From: Minisyncoccota bacterium
GTDB taxonomy: Bacteria > Patescibacteriota > Minisyncoccia > Phycocordibacterales > UBA2100
NCBI GenBank assembly: GCA_022842645.1
Contig: JALHPE010000001.1
Span: forward strand, 135,711-199,710
DNA length: 64,000 nt
Direction: 5' to 3'
How positions within the stretch are numbered: position 1 is the first letter of the stretch; the number at the start of each line of letters is the position of its first letter. The translations under genes were made by a program, and so were the position numbers. Positions 1-8,580 of this stretch are shown piece after piece. A model generated the notes under the pieces. The model did not search any database. It saw only the letters and a list, made by a program, of their open reading frames with translations, and was not told the origin of the DNA.

Positions 1-6
1 TGTCCC

Positions 7-771
7 GTGCTGATTGTTGATGAAGAAAACAGTCCTCGGCTTATACAAACACGTACCAGACTACTTTCAAAAAACACAGATACCCCTATCTATGTAGCTT
101 CGAGAAGCGGGTTCCAGCTACGAGAAGATAACGTAGATAGGTTGATTCAATACGCCAAGAGCAAAGAGGTTGGCTTGATAATCTTTGACTCCTTTATCTG
201 CATACATAATGCCGACGAGAACTCTGCGAGTGATATGCGCAATGTAATGAAGCATCTCAAGGAGATTGCTAAAAATGGGATTGCTGTAATTGTCATTCAT
301 CACCACAGAAAAAGGAAGGAGGACAGAAATGCGGCACAGGACTTGCGTGGCTCATCAGACATTCTGGCGCAAGTGGATTGTCATTTGGCAATTGACCGTA
401 AACTCAATTCCGCATCAGTCACCATCCAGCAAAGCAAATTGCGGGAGGCTGAAGAAATCAAACCATTCACCGTAACTCTTCACAGTGATGGAGATGATGG
501 TTACTTCACACACGATGGAAACGTGAAGGTCGGACAAAGCAAACGTGATGAGTTGAAAAATCTCATAAAGACTACGCTCGCTTATGTGACCGAGCCACCA
601 AACCGCACCCAGCTTTGGGAAATGGTACATCTGGCGGGCGCAAAAGGCGGCGAAGCCACCTTCAAAACTGCGATAAAAGAAATGCTCAAGGATGGTGTGT
701 TGTTTAGTAAGAGGGGCGATAAAAACTCGACTCTCTACTCTCTAACCCCTTTTGTCGTTGAAGATGGATAA
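7..771 (+). CDS. RecA-fold ATPase domain (AAA_25/RepA-like replicative helicase-type) of a mobile-element replication protein; reading frame is open to position 1, so the gene is probably 5'-truncated by the window edge
   Basis: Motifs GLIIFDSF...HNADENSASDMRNVMKHLKEIAKNGIAVIVIHHHRK match the RecA-like AAA_25 domain found C-terminal in plasmid/phage primase-helicases. Frame stays open upstream of the GTG at 7. AT-rich context. Confidence 0.5.
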   Translation: MLIVDEENSPRLIQTRTRLLSKNTDTPIYVASRSGFQLREDNVDRLIQYAKSKEVGLIIFDSFICIHNADENSASDMRNVMKHLKEIAKNGIAVIVIHHHRKRKEDRNAAQDLRGSSDILAQVDCHLAIDRKLNSASVTIQQSKLREAEEIKPFTVTLHSDGDDGYFTHDGNVKVGQSKRDELKNLIKTTLAYVTEPPNRTQLWEMVHLAGAKGGEATFKTAIKEMLKDGVLFSKRGDKNSTLYSLTPFVVEDG

Positions 772-843
772 AAATTGCGTATGTAGAGTTTCGCGTTTTT
801 AACCAACTTAAAGGTCGAGAAAAAGAAATAACTGCAAAAATAT

Positions 844-1095
844 ATGGAAGAAAACATCATTTTTAGAATCGAGTTTGACGAGGAGGAAGTTCAAAGCTTT
901 GCCGAAGATAATTTCGAGAGAGAGCTTACAGAAGTGGAGCTGAATCGAATCAGGTGTCACTGGTATGAAGATGGAGCCGCATATAGTGCCAAAACAGAGT
1001 TATTGGCACGCGCCATAGAAGTGGCAATGAACAAAGACAGGAAAATTGACTTCAGTTATACGGACAAGAAATATCTGGAGCAAACCAATAAGTAG
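844..1095 (+). CDS. hypothetical acidic protein (element cargo)
   Basis: 83-aa ORF between the ATPase and the recombinase; no recognisable motif. Confidence 0.3.
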   Translation: MEENIIFRIEFDEEEVQSFAEDNFERELTEVELNRIRCHWYEDGAAYSAKTELLARAIEVAMNKDRKIDFSYTDKKYLEQTNK

Positions 1096-1570
1096 GCGCA
1101 ATTGTTCTTTGAAAGAGTGTCCACAATTGACCTTGCCAATACCTGCCACGGTGCTGTATACTTATATTGCGTCCTACAAGTTTGACTATATGCACAGGGT
1201 TTTTGCCTTTTTGGCTCCAGGTGAGCTGAAAGGGGCGACTATCCTCCGCATCTGGTTGCCTTGTGCAATTCAGACTTGTGGGACGCAGGCTCTGGTCGTC
1301 CCTTTCAGCTACTACTTCTATGAGGGATGCCAGTGCAATTATATGCACCACTTTTGGCACAACAATTCAAAACCAGTAAAAGGCTGCGCCGCCATAATGG
1401 CTGGTGCTATGGCGTATTTATTCTTTATAGACGGAGAAAGTTTTTCTGGGTGGACAGTATTCTTCATTGCGCTTGCGCTGACCGTATTGTTCCACACGAT
1501 GGATGAGCAAAATAAAGAAATTGAATCGCTGCGAAAAAATGGAAATGAAGATGAGGACATTAAAAAATAA
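1046..1570 (+). CDS. hypothetical membrane protein; start uncertain (overlaps previous ORF)
   Basis: C-terminal hydrophobic helices (AAIMAGAMAYLFFIDG...FFIALALTVLF). Cys/aromatic-rich N-terminus. Confidence 0.25.
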   Translation: MTSVIRTRNIWSKPISRRNCSLKECPQLTLPIPATVLYTYIASYKFDYMHRVFAFLAPGELKGATILRIWLPCAIQTCGTQALVVPFSYYFYEGCQCNYMHHFWHNNSKPVKGCAAIMAGAMAYLFFIDGESFSGWTVFFIALALTVLFHTMDEQNKEIESLRKNGNEDEDIKK

Positions 1571-1584
1571 TCATCTACAAATCT

Positions 1585-3195
1585 ATGACTAACAATCAAC
1601 CAAAATTAAGAGCAATCAAATACTGTCGCGTATCGTCCAAAGAACAAGAATTGGGCTACTCACTTGATGCGCAGGAGAAATTGCAAACTGAATACAGTAA
1701 AGGCAAGTTTATTGTCGTCGGGCAAGCATACAGAATCGCTGAATCGGCAAGCGGTAAACAAATACGAAAAAAGTTCAACGAAATGATGATGTTCGTTAAA
1801 AAGAACAACATCAAAGTTATCCTTTGTGAAAAAATTGATAGACTCACTCGAAACCCAAAGGATGCCGTCGCAATATACGATTGGCTACAAGAAGATGAGG
1901 AGCGTGCTGTTCACTGCGTTAAAGAAAACTTCATCGCCAACAGGAACACAAAGGCACACGAAAACCTTGTGTGGGATATGAAAGTCGCTATCGCAAAGTT
2001 TTACAGCCAAAACCTATCCGAAGAAGTTAAGAAGGGTCAAAAAGAGATGCTTTCGCAAGGAAGGTTTCCTACCAGACCACCAATGGGATACAGAACCATA
2101 GAGGAAAACGGTCACAAAGCTCACGTCATTGATGAAGAAACTGCACCGTTTATGAGGAGGATGTTTGAGTTATATGCCACAGGTAACTACTCAATCATTC
2201 GTCTTGAAAAAGAGTTCTACGACGAAGGACTCCGTACAAAGAGTGGTAAGCGTTTGCGAAAGAGTAAGATTCACACGATGTTGCAAAACCCATTCTTTTA
2301 CGGTGGGATGCTATGGATGGGCGTTACTTATCCCAATGGAAGACACGAGGCACTTATCAATAAAGATTTGTTTGATAAGGTGCAACTGATTTTGAAGAGA
2401 AAGATTAAGAATCCGAAATACCAAAAGCATAACTCGCTATTCAAAAGCAAGATTGTTTGTGATGGATGCGGTGGAACGGTCACTTGGTATGAAAAGAAAG
2501 GACATTGGTACGGACACTGTAATAACAGCGATGCTTTCAAGCACTGCCCAAAGAAAACAGGGCTGCGCGAAGACAGAGTTGAGCCACAGCTCACTGGTAT
2601 TTTCGATGTTATTGCCGCAAAGGATGAGCGAGTGTTGGCGGCTATCGAAAACATACTACGCTCGCAACATAGCGAGAGGATTACCAAGCGTGAGACCGAG
2701 CTAAAACGCCTCCAGGGGCTTCTACAGAGCACCAGAGCACAGAAAGACAGACTTTATGAGGCAAAGCTCTCACGCGAGATTGAAGACATTGGTTTTTTCA
2801 ACCGCAAACTTGCTGAACTGACCACAGAAGAAGAGTCACTGGAGAATGCGCTTGTTGCTGTTGGAAATGAAAATGATTTATCTCTCCAGATAGGCGTGGC
2901 GGTTCACGAACTTGCCTACAAATCACACGAGATTTATCAGAATGCGAGCGTTGATGCCAAACGTTTACTCTTCTCTCAATTATTTACGAACTTGCTCCAG
3001 GATGGGCTTGAAATAAGGAAAGAATACACAAAAGCGGCTGCAATGTTGATGGAGTGGGTTCCAAAGCTCAACAAGGATTACGAACTCGCAAAAAGCCAGG
3101 TTATAAAAGGCAAAGAAGCCGTTTCAGTGGCTTCTCAACCAAATTGGCTGCCGGACTTGGATTCGAACCAAGATACACTCCTCCAGAGGGAGTAG
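1585..3195 (+). CDS. large serine recombinase (resolvase/invertase-type catalytic domain + recombinase domain + zinc ribbon)
   Basis: N-terminus IKYCRVSSKEQELGYSLDAQ is the serine-recombinase catalytic motif. 536 aa. Cys cluster CDGCGG...HCNN...HCPKK is the zinc-ribbon insertion typical of large serine recombinases. C-terminal coiled-coil region. Confidence 0.85.
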   Translation: MTNNQPKLRAIKYCRVSSKEQELGYSLDAQEKLQTEYSKGKFIVVGQAYRIAESASGKQIRKKFNEMMMFVKKNNIKVILCEKIDRLTRNPKDAVAIYDWLQEDEERAVHCVKENFIANRNTKAHENLVWDMKVAIAKFYSQNLSEEVKKGQKEMLSQGRFPTRPPMGYRTIEENGHKAHVIDEETAPFMRRMFELYATGNYSIIRLEKEFYDEGLRTKSGKRLRKSKIHTMLQNPFFYGGMLWMGVTYPNGRHEALINKDLFDKVQLILKRKIKNPKYQKHNSLFKSKIVCDGCGGTVTWYEKKGHWYGHCNNSDAFKHCPKKTGLREDRVEPQLTGIFDVIAAKDERVLAAIENILRSQHSERITKRETELKRLQGLLQSTRAQKDRLYEAKLSREIEDIGFFNRKLAELTTEEESLENALVAVGNENDLSLQIGVAVHELAYKSHEIYQNASVDAKRLLFSQLFTNLLQDGLEIRKEYTKAAAMLMEWVPKLNKDYELAKSQVIKGKEAVSVASQPNWLPDLDSNQDTLLQRE

Positions 3196-3218
3196 TCCTA
3201 CCATTAGACGATCCGGCA
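3145..3218 (-). tRNA. tRNA-Gln(CUG)
   Basis: Minus-strand read: UGCCGGA-UC-GUCU-AAUGGUA-GGAC-U-ACUCC-CUCUGGA-GGAGU-GUAU-CUUGG-UUCGAAU-CCAAG-UCCGGCA-G-CCA. Clean cloverleaf; anticodon loop CUCUGGA gives anticodon CUG. U1-A72 and G73 are typical of bacterial tRNA-Gln. Confidence 0.75.
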
Positions 3219-3312
3219 GTCATGCGGAGCATAGCCGAAAAATGCTCAGAATTCAATCTTGTTCTGGGAGCTTACACTTCACGAGGCGCAGCTTCTCGAC
3301 TAGAATGCAAAC

Positions 3313-3561
3313 ATGAAGAAGAAGCTCAAAGGGATTATGGTGCTCTTTGTGGGAATCATTCTGCTCATGATGGGTATGTTTGCATCCATTGTTCCTTTCG
3401 TACCAGGATGGGTGCTCATAGCGCTCGGCATACTCTGCCTCACCCTCTACTTCCCTCGCCTGCGCAACTGGGTGGATGGACACACCGTGCGCTGGCCCCA
3501 CCTCCACAACCTGATCCACCGCGCACGGATGTGGGCAGACAGAAACATTGGAGAACTCTAG
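3313..3561 (+). CDS. small integral membrane protein (PGPGW-like)
   Basis: 82 aa. Two hydrophobic helices (IMVLFVGIILLMMGMFASIV / GWVLIALGILCLTLYF) with a PGW motif. Confidence 0.4.
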   Translation: MKKKLKGIMVLFVGIILLMMGMFASIVPFVPGWVLIALGILCLTLYFPRLRNWVDGHTVRWPHLHNLIHRARMWADRNIGEL

Positions 3562-3776
3562 AGCCTAGGTTGCGCTTCTTCTGCAATACGAGAAAATAAG
3601 AGTATGAAAGAAAATATTCGTCTCATTTTTTCTCTCATGTGGTTTCCTGCTGTGGGGTGTGCATTTGCGAGCACACTGGTTTTTCTCGTGACCTTTGGCG
3701 ATTTCTCTGAATTTTTCTTCGCCTCGATTGCAGCGCTCATTGTCTCTACTGCAGGCGTCATTCTCACCTCACTCGA

Positions 3777-5435
3777 CTAACCCCGCCGCTCAATAGCAGC
3801 TTTCACGAACGCATTAAAGAGCGGATGTGGCTCGAGTGGGCGGGCACGAAATTCGGGATGGAATTGAGTTCCGAGGAAGAATGGATGCTCTGATTTGGGC
3901 AATTCTGCGATTTCCATAAGTGTATGATCGGGAGAAACGCCCGAGAACTTGAGTCCTGCTTCTTGAAGCTTCGCCACGTATATTGGATTCACCTCATAGC
4001 GATGGCGATGACGTTCTGACACTTCCTCAGCGCCATAGGCCTTCTGCGCCACCGTCCCCGAGCGAAGCTTGCACGGATATGCCCCAAGACGCATTGAGCC
4101 ACCATAATCTTTACGGCGGAGTTTCTCCACCTGCTCGGGAAGAACCATAACAATAGGATGTTTTGCCTTCGGATCAATCTCGGTGGTATGCGCACCCGGA
4201 AGTCCCGCGACATTGCGCGCATACTCAACGACCAGAAGCTGCATGCCGTAGCAAAGCCCGAAATATGGAATCTTTTTCTCACGGGCAAAACGGATGGCAT
4301 TGATCTTTCCTTCAATTCCGCTCTCGCCGAAACCCCCCGGAACCAGGATACCGTCATAGTTCTCGAGCTCCTTCACACGCGCAGGATCTTTCTGATACTC
4401 CTTCGCATTCAACCAATGAATCTCGGGCTTCACGCCGAGATGAAATGCTGAAAACTTAATCGCCTCAATCACCGAAAGGTACGCATCGGAGAGGACGAAG
4501 TCTCCCGTGTCGAAATATTTCCCCACGATGCCGATCTTTATTTTCGTACGCCCATTGTGCGCATGTTCCGCGAACTTCCGCCACGCATTCATATCAGACG
4601 CCTGCTTGCCGCGTTTCCCTAGTGCCTTTAACAGCATGTCCGAGAGCTCGTCACGCTCAAAATTAAGCGGCACATCATAGACCGAATCCACATCGGGTGC
4701 GGAAATGATGTGATCCGCTGGGATATTGACCTGCACCGCAAGCTTCTCCTTGCGCTTGTGATCAAGTGGTGTTGGGGCGCGCGCAATGAGAAAATCGGGC
4801 TGCACGCCATACGCATTGAGTTGTCGAACTGCAATCTGCGTCGGTTTCGTTTTCATCTCCCCAATAGTGCCCGGGACCGGAAGATAGGAAACCATCACAA
4901 AGAGTGTGCTTGAAGAGTCCTGTAGATGAATGACACGCGCGGCGTCAATAAAAAGTGCGTTCGAAAAGTCTCCCAAAGTGCCGCCAATTTCCACAACAGT
5001 CACATCACTCTTGCCCATTTTTGCTGAGTGTCGGAGGCGTGCCACGATCTCATCGCGCACATGCGGCACTGCTTCGACACATTTACCGCCATATTCCAAA
5101 TTACGCTCTTTCTCAATAACGTGCTTATAGATCATCCCGGAGGTCATGTAGTCTTCCGCACCCACATCGCGATTAAGGAATCGCTCATAGTTCCCCATGT
5201 CTTGATCGGTCTCGAGCCCGGAATCCAATACAAAAACCTCACCATGTTCGGTGGGGTTCATAGTACCGGCATCAACATTGAGATAAGGATCAATCTTTAC
5301 GAGATTCACAGAGAGCCCGCGTGCCGCGAGTATTTTGCCGATTGACGCCGTGGCGATGCCCTTTCCAACCCCGGACATCACGCCGCCAATTACAAAGACA
5401 TACTTATGTGCTTTCGGGTGCGCACGCCGAGCCAT
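3777..5435 (-). CDS. pyrG: CTP synthase
   Basis: 552 aa. N-terminal KYVFVIGGVMSGVGKG synthetase P-loop. C-terminal glutamine amidotransferase domain with GLCYGMQ catalytic Cys motif and HPEF motif. Confidence 0.95.
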   Translation of the reverse strand: MARRAHPKAHKYVFVIGGVMSGVGKGIATASIGKILAARGLSVNLVKIDPYLNVDAGTMNPTEHGEVFVLDSGLETDQDMGNYERFLNRDVGAEDYMTSGMIYKHVIEKERNLEYGGKCVEAVPHVRDEIVARLRHSAKMGKSDVTVVEIGGTLGDFSNALFIDAARVIHLQDSSSTLFVMVSYLPVPGTIGEMKTKPTQIAVRQLNAYGVQPDFLIARAPTPLDHKRKEKLAVQVNIPADHIISAPDVDSVYDVPLNFERDELSDMLLKALGKRGKQASDMNAWRKFAEHAHNGRTKIKIGIVGKYFDTGDFVLSDAYLSVIEAIKFSAFHLGVKPEIHWLNAKEYQKDPARVKELENYDGILVPGGFGESGIEGKINAIRFAREKKIPYFGLCYGMQLLVVEYARNVAGLPGAHTTEIDPKAKHPIVMVLPEQVEKLRRKDYGGSMRLGAYPCKLRSGTVAQKAYGAEEVSERHRHRYEVNPIYVAKLQEAGLKFSGVSPDHTLMEIAELPKSEHPFFLGTQFHPEFRARPLEPHPLFNAFVKAAIERRG

Positions 5436-5514
5436 AGTTCCCGCTTAGCTTACCGCGAGAAACTTCGTTTGCAGAGGTTATTCTTTGTGTATAACGCACC
5501 CGACGATACGAATC

Positions 5515-6432
5515 TCATTGATGCAAGTAGCGGCGTACTGCAAGGAAGCTGGAAAGTGCCCCCAAAAGCACCCCAGTGCCCACAATAGTGAAGAAGAGGA
5601 ATGGGAAATTCTCCACATAGTAGTCAAAAACGTTAAAGGAACCGAAGAATGCCTGGGATGGGGGTCCGAGCCAAATCGCGACCGGATACAGTGTGAGCAT
5701 GACCACAACGCCCGAAATGAGTCCATAGAGAATACCTGCGACAACGAAGGGACCCCGGACATACCAGTGCGCCGCACCCACAAGGTTCATGACCCCTATT
5801 TCATCGCGCGAGGTATAGATGGCCAAGCGGATAGTGTTGAATGCAATCAGGACCGAAGCACCTGCAAGAAAGAGCGCTGCCACGATACTAACCTTCCGCG
5901 AGGTCTCAATAATGCTTGAAAGACGGTCGATCGCGGTTTTGTTTTGGTAAAAGTTTACTTTACTGATTACACCAGTTTCGGCACCACGCACATCAAGAAA
6001 CTCGGCGATTGCTGCGTACTGCGAGGTGTCTTTAGCGCGAATGGCGAGCGAGGCACCGAGAGGATTCCCTGCAAGCTGGTCGAGTGCCTGTATCGTTGTC
6101 TGCTCATTTGCATGACGTTCGCGGAATTCGGCAAGCGCTTGTTCGCGCGAGGTATATTCCACTCCCGCCACTTCCGGAAGGCGCTCCAGGTCGGCTTTAA
6201 TGGCTAACGCTTGTTCCTCGCTTGCTTCGGTCGTAAAATAAACATTCACATCCACCTTCCCCACAAGCTCTTGAAGTGTTGCTTGCAGTGCCGCTCCAGA
6301 GATCATGAGTACCGCGATCACGAAAAGCGTGATCATCATGATAAAAATTGCAGCGAGCGATACGAAGCCATTGCGAATGAAACCGATGAGGCCATAGCGC
6401 GCAACACGTTTTGTGGTAAGCCAGAAGGACAT
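5515..6432 (-). CDS. ftsX: cell division ABC transporter permease FtsX
   Basis: 305 aa. N-terminal TM, large periplasmic domain, three C-terminal TMs. Sits immediately downstream of ftsE. Confidence 0.88.
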   Translation of the reverse strand: MSFWLTTKRVARYGLIGFIRNGFVSLAAIFIMMITLFVIAVLMISGAALQATLQELVGKVDVNVYFTTEASEEQALAIKADLERLPEVAGVEYTSREQALAEFRERHANEQTTIQALDQLAGNPLGASLAIRAKDTSQYAAIAEFLDVRGAETGVISKVNFYQNKTAIDRLSSIIETSRKVSIVAALFLAGASVLIAFNTIRLAIYTSRDEIGVMNLVGAAHWYVRGPFVVAGILYGLISGVVVMLTLYPVAIWLGPPSQAFFGSFNVFDYYVENFPFLFFTIVGTGVLLGALSSFLAVRRYLHQ

Positions 6433-6437
6433 AGTTC

Positions 6438-6534
6438 AGTTTGTAGTTTGTAGTTTGTAGTTTGTAGTTTTTTGCATAGCTCGTGTTTGTATTTTTATTT
6501 TACTACAGTCTACACACTACAAACTACAGTCTAG
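6438..6534. repeat. intergenic inverted heptamer-repeat hairpin: (AGTTTGT)x4 at 6438-6471 facing CTACAGT/CTACACA/CTACAAA/CTACAGT at 6502-6534
   Basis: Direct reading: four tandem 7-mers and their imperfect reverse-complement partner separated by a ~30-nt AT-rich loop. Lies exactly between the ftsE stop and the ftsX start. Confidence 0.6.
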
Positions 6535-7211
6535 AGAATATACTTCCCTTCTTTATCGTCCCGAATAACCCGACCCTGCTCAAGCGTGATCACACGCCTC
6601 CCGACCGAATCTACCACTAGCTTATTATGAGTCGTGAGAAGCACCGTCGTACCAAGGCTGTTTACCTTTTTGAGGATTTCCACGACATCATGCGTATTCA
6701 CCGGATCAAGATTCCCTGTTGGCTCGTCGGCTATGAGTACGTCTGGCTGATTCACAATCGCACGTGCAATTGCCACACGTTGCTGCTCTCCACCCGAAAG
6801 CTCCTTCGGAAAATTCCACATTTTTTCTGAAAGCCCGACAAGGTCAAGTACATGGGGCACATCCGCTTGAATATCCTCATCGGGCTTGCCTGCCACTTCC
6901 ATTGCAAACGCGATGTTCTCATACACGGTTTTTGTAGGAAGGAGTCGGAAATCCTGAAAAATCGTGCCTATGTTCCTGCGAAGCCCCAGGAGTTCTTTCT
7001 CGGAAAGGTCTCCTATCTCGCGGGAGCCAAAAAAAACGCTGCCCTCAGTTGGGAAGATTTCAGCAAAAAGCATCTTGAGGAGTGTGGTTTTCCCCGCACC
7101 CGAGTGTCCGACGATAGAAACAAACTCTCCCGGATCAATCGAGAGTGTGACGTCTTCAACAGCGGGCAATCCGCCGTTGTACTTCTTGGTCACGCGGTCA
7201 AAATAGATCAT
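6531..7211 (-). CDS. ftsE: cell division ATP-binding protein FtsE
   Basis: 226 aa. Walker A GHSGAGKTT, ABC signature LSGGEQQR, Walker B LIADEPTGNLD. FtsE-type N-terminus MIYFDRVTKKY. Confidence 0.92.
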   Translation of the reverse strand: MIYFDRVTKKYNGGLPAVEDVTLSIDPGEFVSIVGHSGAGKTTLLKMLFAEIFPTEGSVFFGSREIGDLSEKELLGLRRNIGTIFQDFRLLPTKTVYENIAFAMEVAGKPDEDIQADVPHVLDLVGLSEKMWNFPKELSGGEQQRVAIARAIVNQPDVLIADEPTGNLDPVNTHDVVEILKKVNSLGTTVLLTTHNKLVVDSVGRRVITLEQGRVIRDDKEGKYIL

Positions 7212-7292
7212 TGTGAACAGGTGTTAGGTTCTAGGTTTCAGGGACTAGAAAAAACTTAGATGCCCTTACGCTCATTATACCGCATGCATGCA

Positions 7293-7327
7293 CCTGTCAA
7301 AACAAGGCGGCTCTTTCGAGCCGCCTT
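7293..7327 (-). terminator. rho-independent terminator downstream of the 88-aa ORF
   Basis: Minus-strand transcript AAGGCGGCUC-GAAA-GAGCCGCCUU followed by GUUUUGA. Perfect 10-bp GC-rich stem. Confidence 0.5.
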
Positions 7328-7330
7328 TCG

Positions 7331-7549
7331 CTAGTCTGTCTGTGCCTCTTCCATACACTGAAGCACGGGGGTTTTCTTAGACTCGCGCATCTCGTCGAAA
7401 CTGGTGATCACGCGATTGCGCAATCGCCAATCCGCAAAGAAGCTTTTGATCTCTGCCTGCGTCGCTCCGCGACCGTCGATCAGCTCTTCTTTCACCACCT
7501 TCTCGATCTGCGTCTTGATGCGCGGATCCATGTGCCACTGCTCTGTCAT
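7331..7549 (-). CDS. hypothetical small protein (start set at internal Met of the 88-aa ORF 7331..7597)
   Basis: ORF between prfB and ftsE with its own terminator. No recognisable motif. Confidence 0.35.
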   Translation of the reverse strand: MTEQWHMDPRIKTQIEKVVKEELIDGRGATQAEIKSFFADWRLRNRVITSFDEMRESKKTPVLQCMEEAQTD

Positions 7550-7605
7550 ACTTCCTCTCTTTCCCGGCATACGTGCCGTTCTTTTATCAGAATACACCTT
7601 TGTTG

Positions 7606-8487
7606 CTAAAGTGCCAGATCTTCTTCTGCATCAATGAATGATTGAATATCCCCCGCTAAGACTTTTTCAATATCCCTGCGCTCATGCTCCGTGCGATGAT
7701 CTTTCACGAGCTGGTACGGATGAAGGACGTAGGAGCGGATCTGGCTTCCCCATTCAATCTTCGTCGAGGCACCAGTTGAAAGCCCGCGTGCGGCACGCTC
7801 CTCTTCCTCTTTCTTGAGTGCGAAAAGTTTACTGCGAATAAGTTCGAGCCCTTTTGCTTTATTTTGTGCTTGCGCGCGCTCGCTCGTCACGTGTACGGAA
7901 ACACCCGTTGCTTTGTGCACGATGCGGACTGCAGTTTCTCGTTTGTTCACATTCTGTCCACCAGGACCCCCGGCATTCTGAAATGTAATCTCAAGCTCTC
8001 CCTCAGGCACGGCAAATGCGCTCTCGGCAATTTTCGGAAGCACCTCCAGAAGCGAAAAACTTGTTTGACGCTTACCTTGTGAATTAAACGGCGACATACG
8101 TACCAAGCGATGCACGCCCGCCTCACGCTTGAGCGCTCCGTAGACTCCCACACCACTCACCTCAAACGAGATACTTCGAAAACCGCCCATTGAATTCCTG
8201 TTCTCATCATTCACGACAACCCGCCACCCGCGCCCAGCGGCATATTTCGAATACATTTCAAAGAGCATGCGAGAAAAATCTTCGGCATCGTCCCCTCCCG
8301 CGCCCGAAATGATTGAAAGTAATGCATCGCCCTTTTCAATCGAACCTGCCCCTGCAAGCGCAGCCTTCAAATCCTGATACTCTTTCAGAGCCGCCTGTGC
8401 CTTATCTTTATCGCTCCAGAAATCCGCCGCCGCCATTGCGGCTTCGATCTCGGCAATGCGGGTTTCTATTCCCTCTTTTGATTGCAT
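7606..8487 (-). CDS. prfB: peptide chain release factor 2, single uninterrupted ORF
   Basis: SPF tripeptide (RMSPFNSQGKRQTSF) and GGQ motif (GGPGGQNVNK). Start set to the MQSKEG Met because the longer ORF would overlap the adjacent tRNA. No in-frame stop or frameshift site. Confidence 0.85.
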   Translation of the reverse strand: MQSKEGIETRIAEIEAAMAAADFWSDKDKAQAALKEYQDLKAALAGAGSIEKGDALLSIISGAGGDDAEDFSRMLFEMYSKYAAGRGWRVVVNDENRNSMGGFRSISFEVSGVGVYGALKREAGVHRLVRMSPFNSQGKRQTSFSLLEVLPKIAESAFAVPEGELEITFQNAGGPGGQNVNKRETAVRIVHKATGVSVHVTSERAQAQNKAKGLELIRSKLFALKKEEEERAARGLSTGASTKIEWGSQIRSYVLHPYQLVKDHRTEHERRDIEKVLAGDIQSFIDAEEDLAL

Positions 8488-8490
8488 ATA

Positions 8491-8566
8491 TGGAGCCGCC
8501 TCCCGGGATTGAACCGGGCACCTACCCATTACGAATGGGTCGCTCTACCAACTGAGCTAAGGCGGC
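8491..8566 (-). tRNA. tRNA-Thr(CGU)
   Basis: Minus strand: GCCGCCU-UA-GCUC-AGUUGGU-AGAGC-G-ACCCA-UUCGUAA-UGGGU-AGGUG-CCCGG-UUCAAUC-CCGGG-AGGCGGC-U-CCA. Anticodon CGU. Encoded CCA. Confidence 0.85.
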
Positions 8567-8580
8567 TTACATCGCCGATA

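Larger units (their letters stand above)
1..3218. mobile_element. integrated element (prophage/ICE remnant) carrying replication ATPase + large serine recombinase, abutting tRNA-Gln; left boundary outside window
   Basis: Sharp composition shift: 1-3200 is visibly AT-rich versus the GC-rich flanks. Recombinase plus replication ATPase. The recombinase ORF 3' end overlaps the 3' half of tRNA-Gln. Confidence 0.5.

Noticed and set aside
3054-3599. 181-aa ORF on the plus strand overlapping the end of the recombinase gene and tRNA-Gln.
   Set aside because: Arg/Pro-rich low-complexity translation crossing a well-formed tRNA gene on the opposite strand and a composition boundary; spurious.
3604-3780. 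58-aa hydrophobic ORF (MKENIRLIFSLMWFPAVG...) on the plus strand.
   Set aside because: Below ORF-track threshold, overlaps the pyrG stop codon; could be a real small membrane protein but there is no support beyond hydrophobicity.
6438-6534. Tandem heptamer repeats considered as a possible CRISPR array.
   Set aside because: Unit is 7 nt with no spacers and is mirrored by its own inverse; this is a hairpin-forming microrepeat, not CRISPR.
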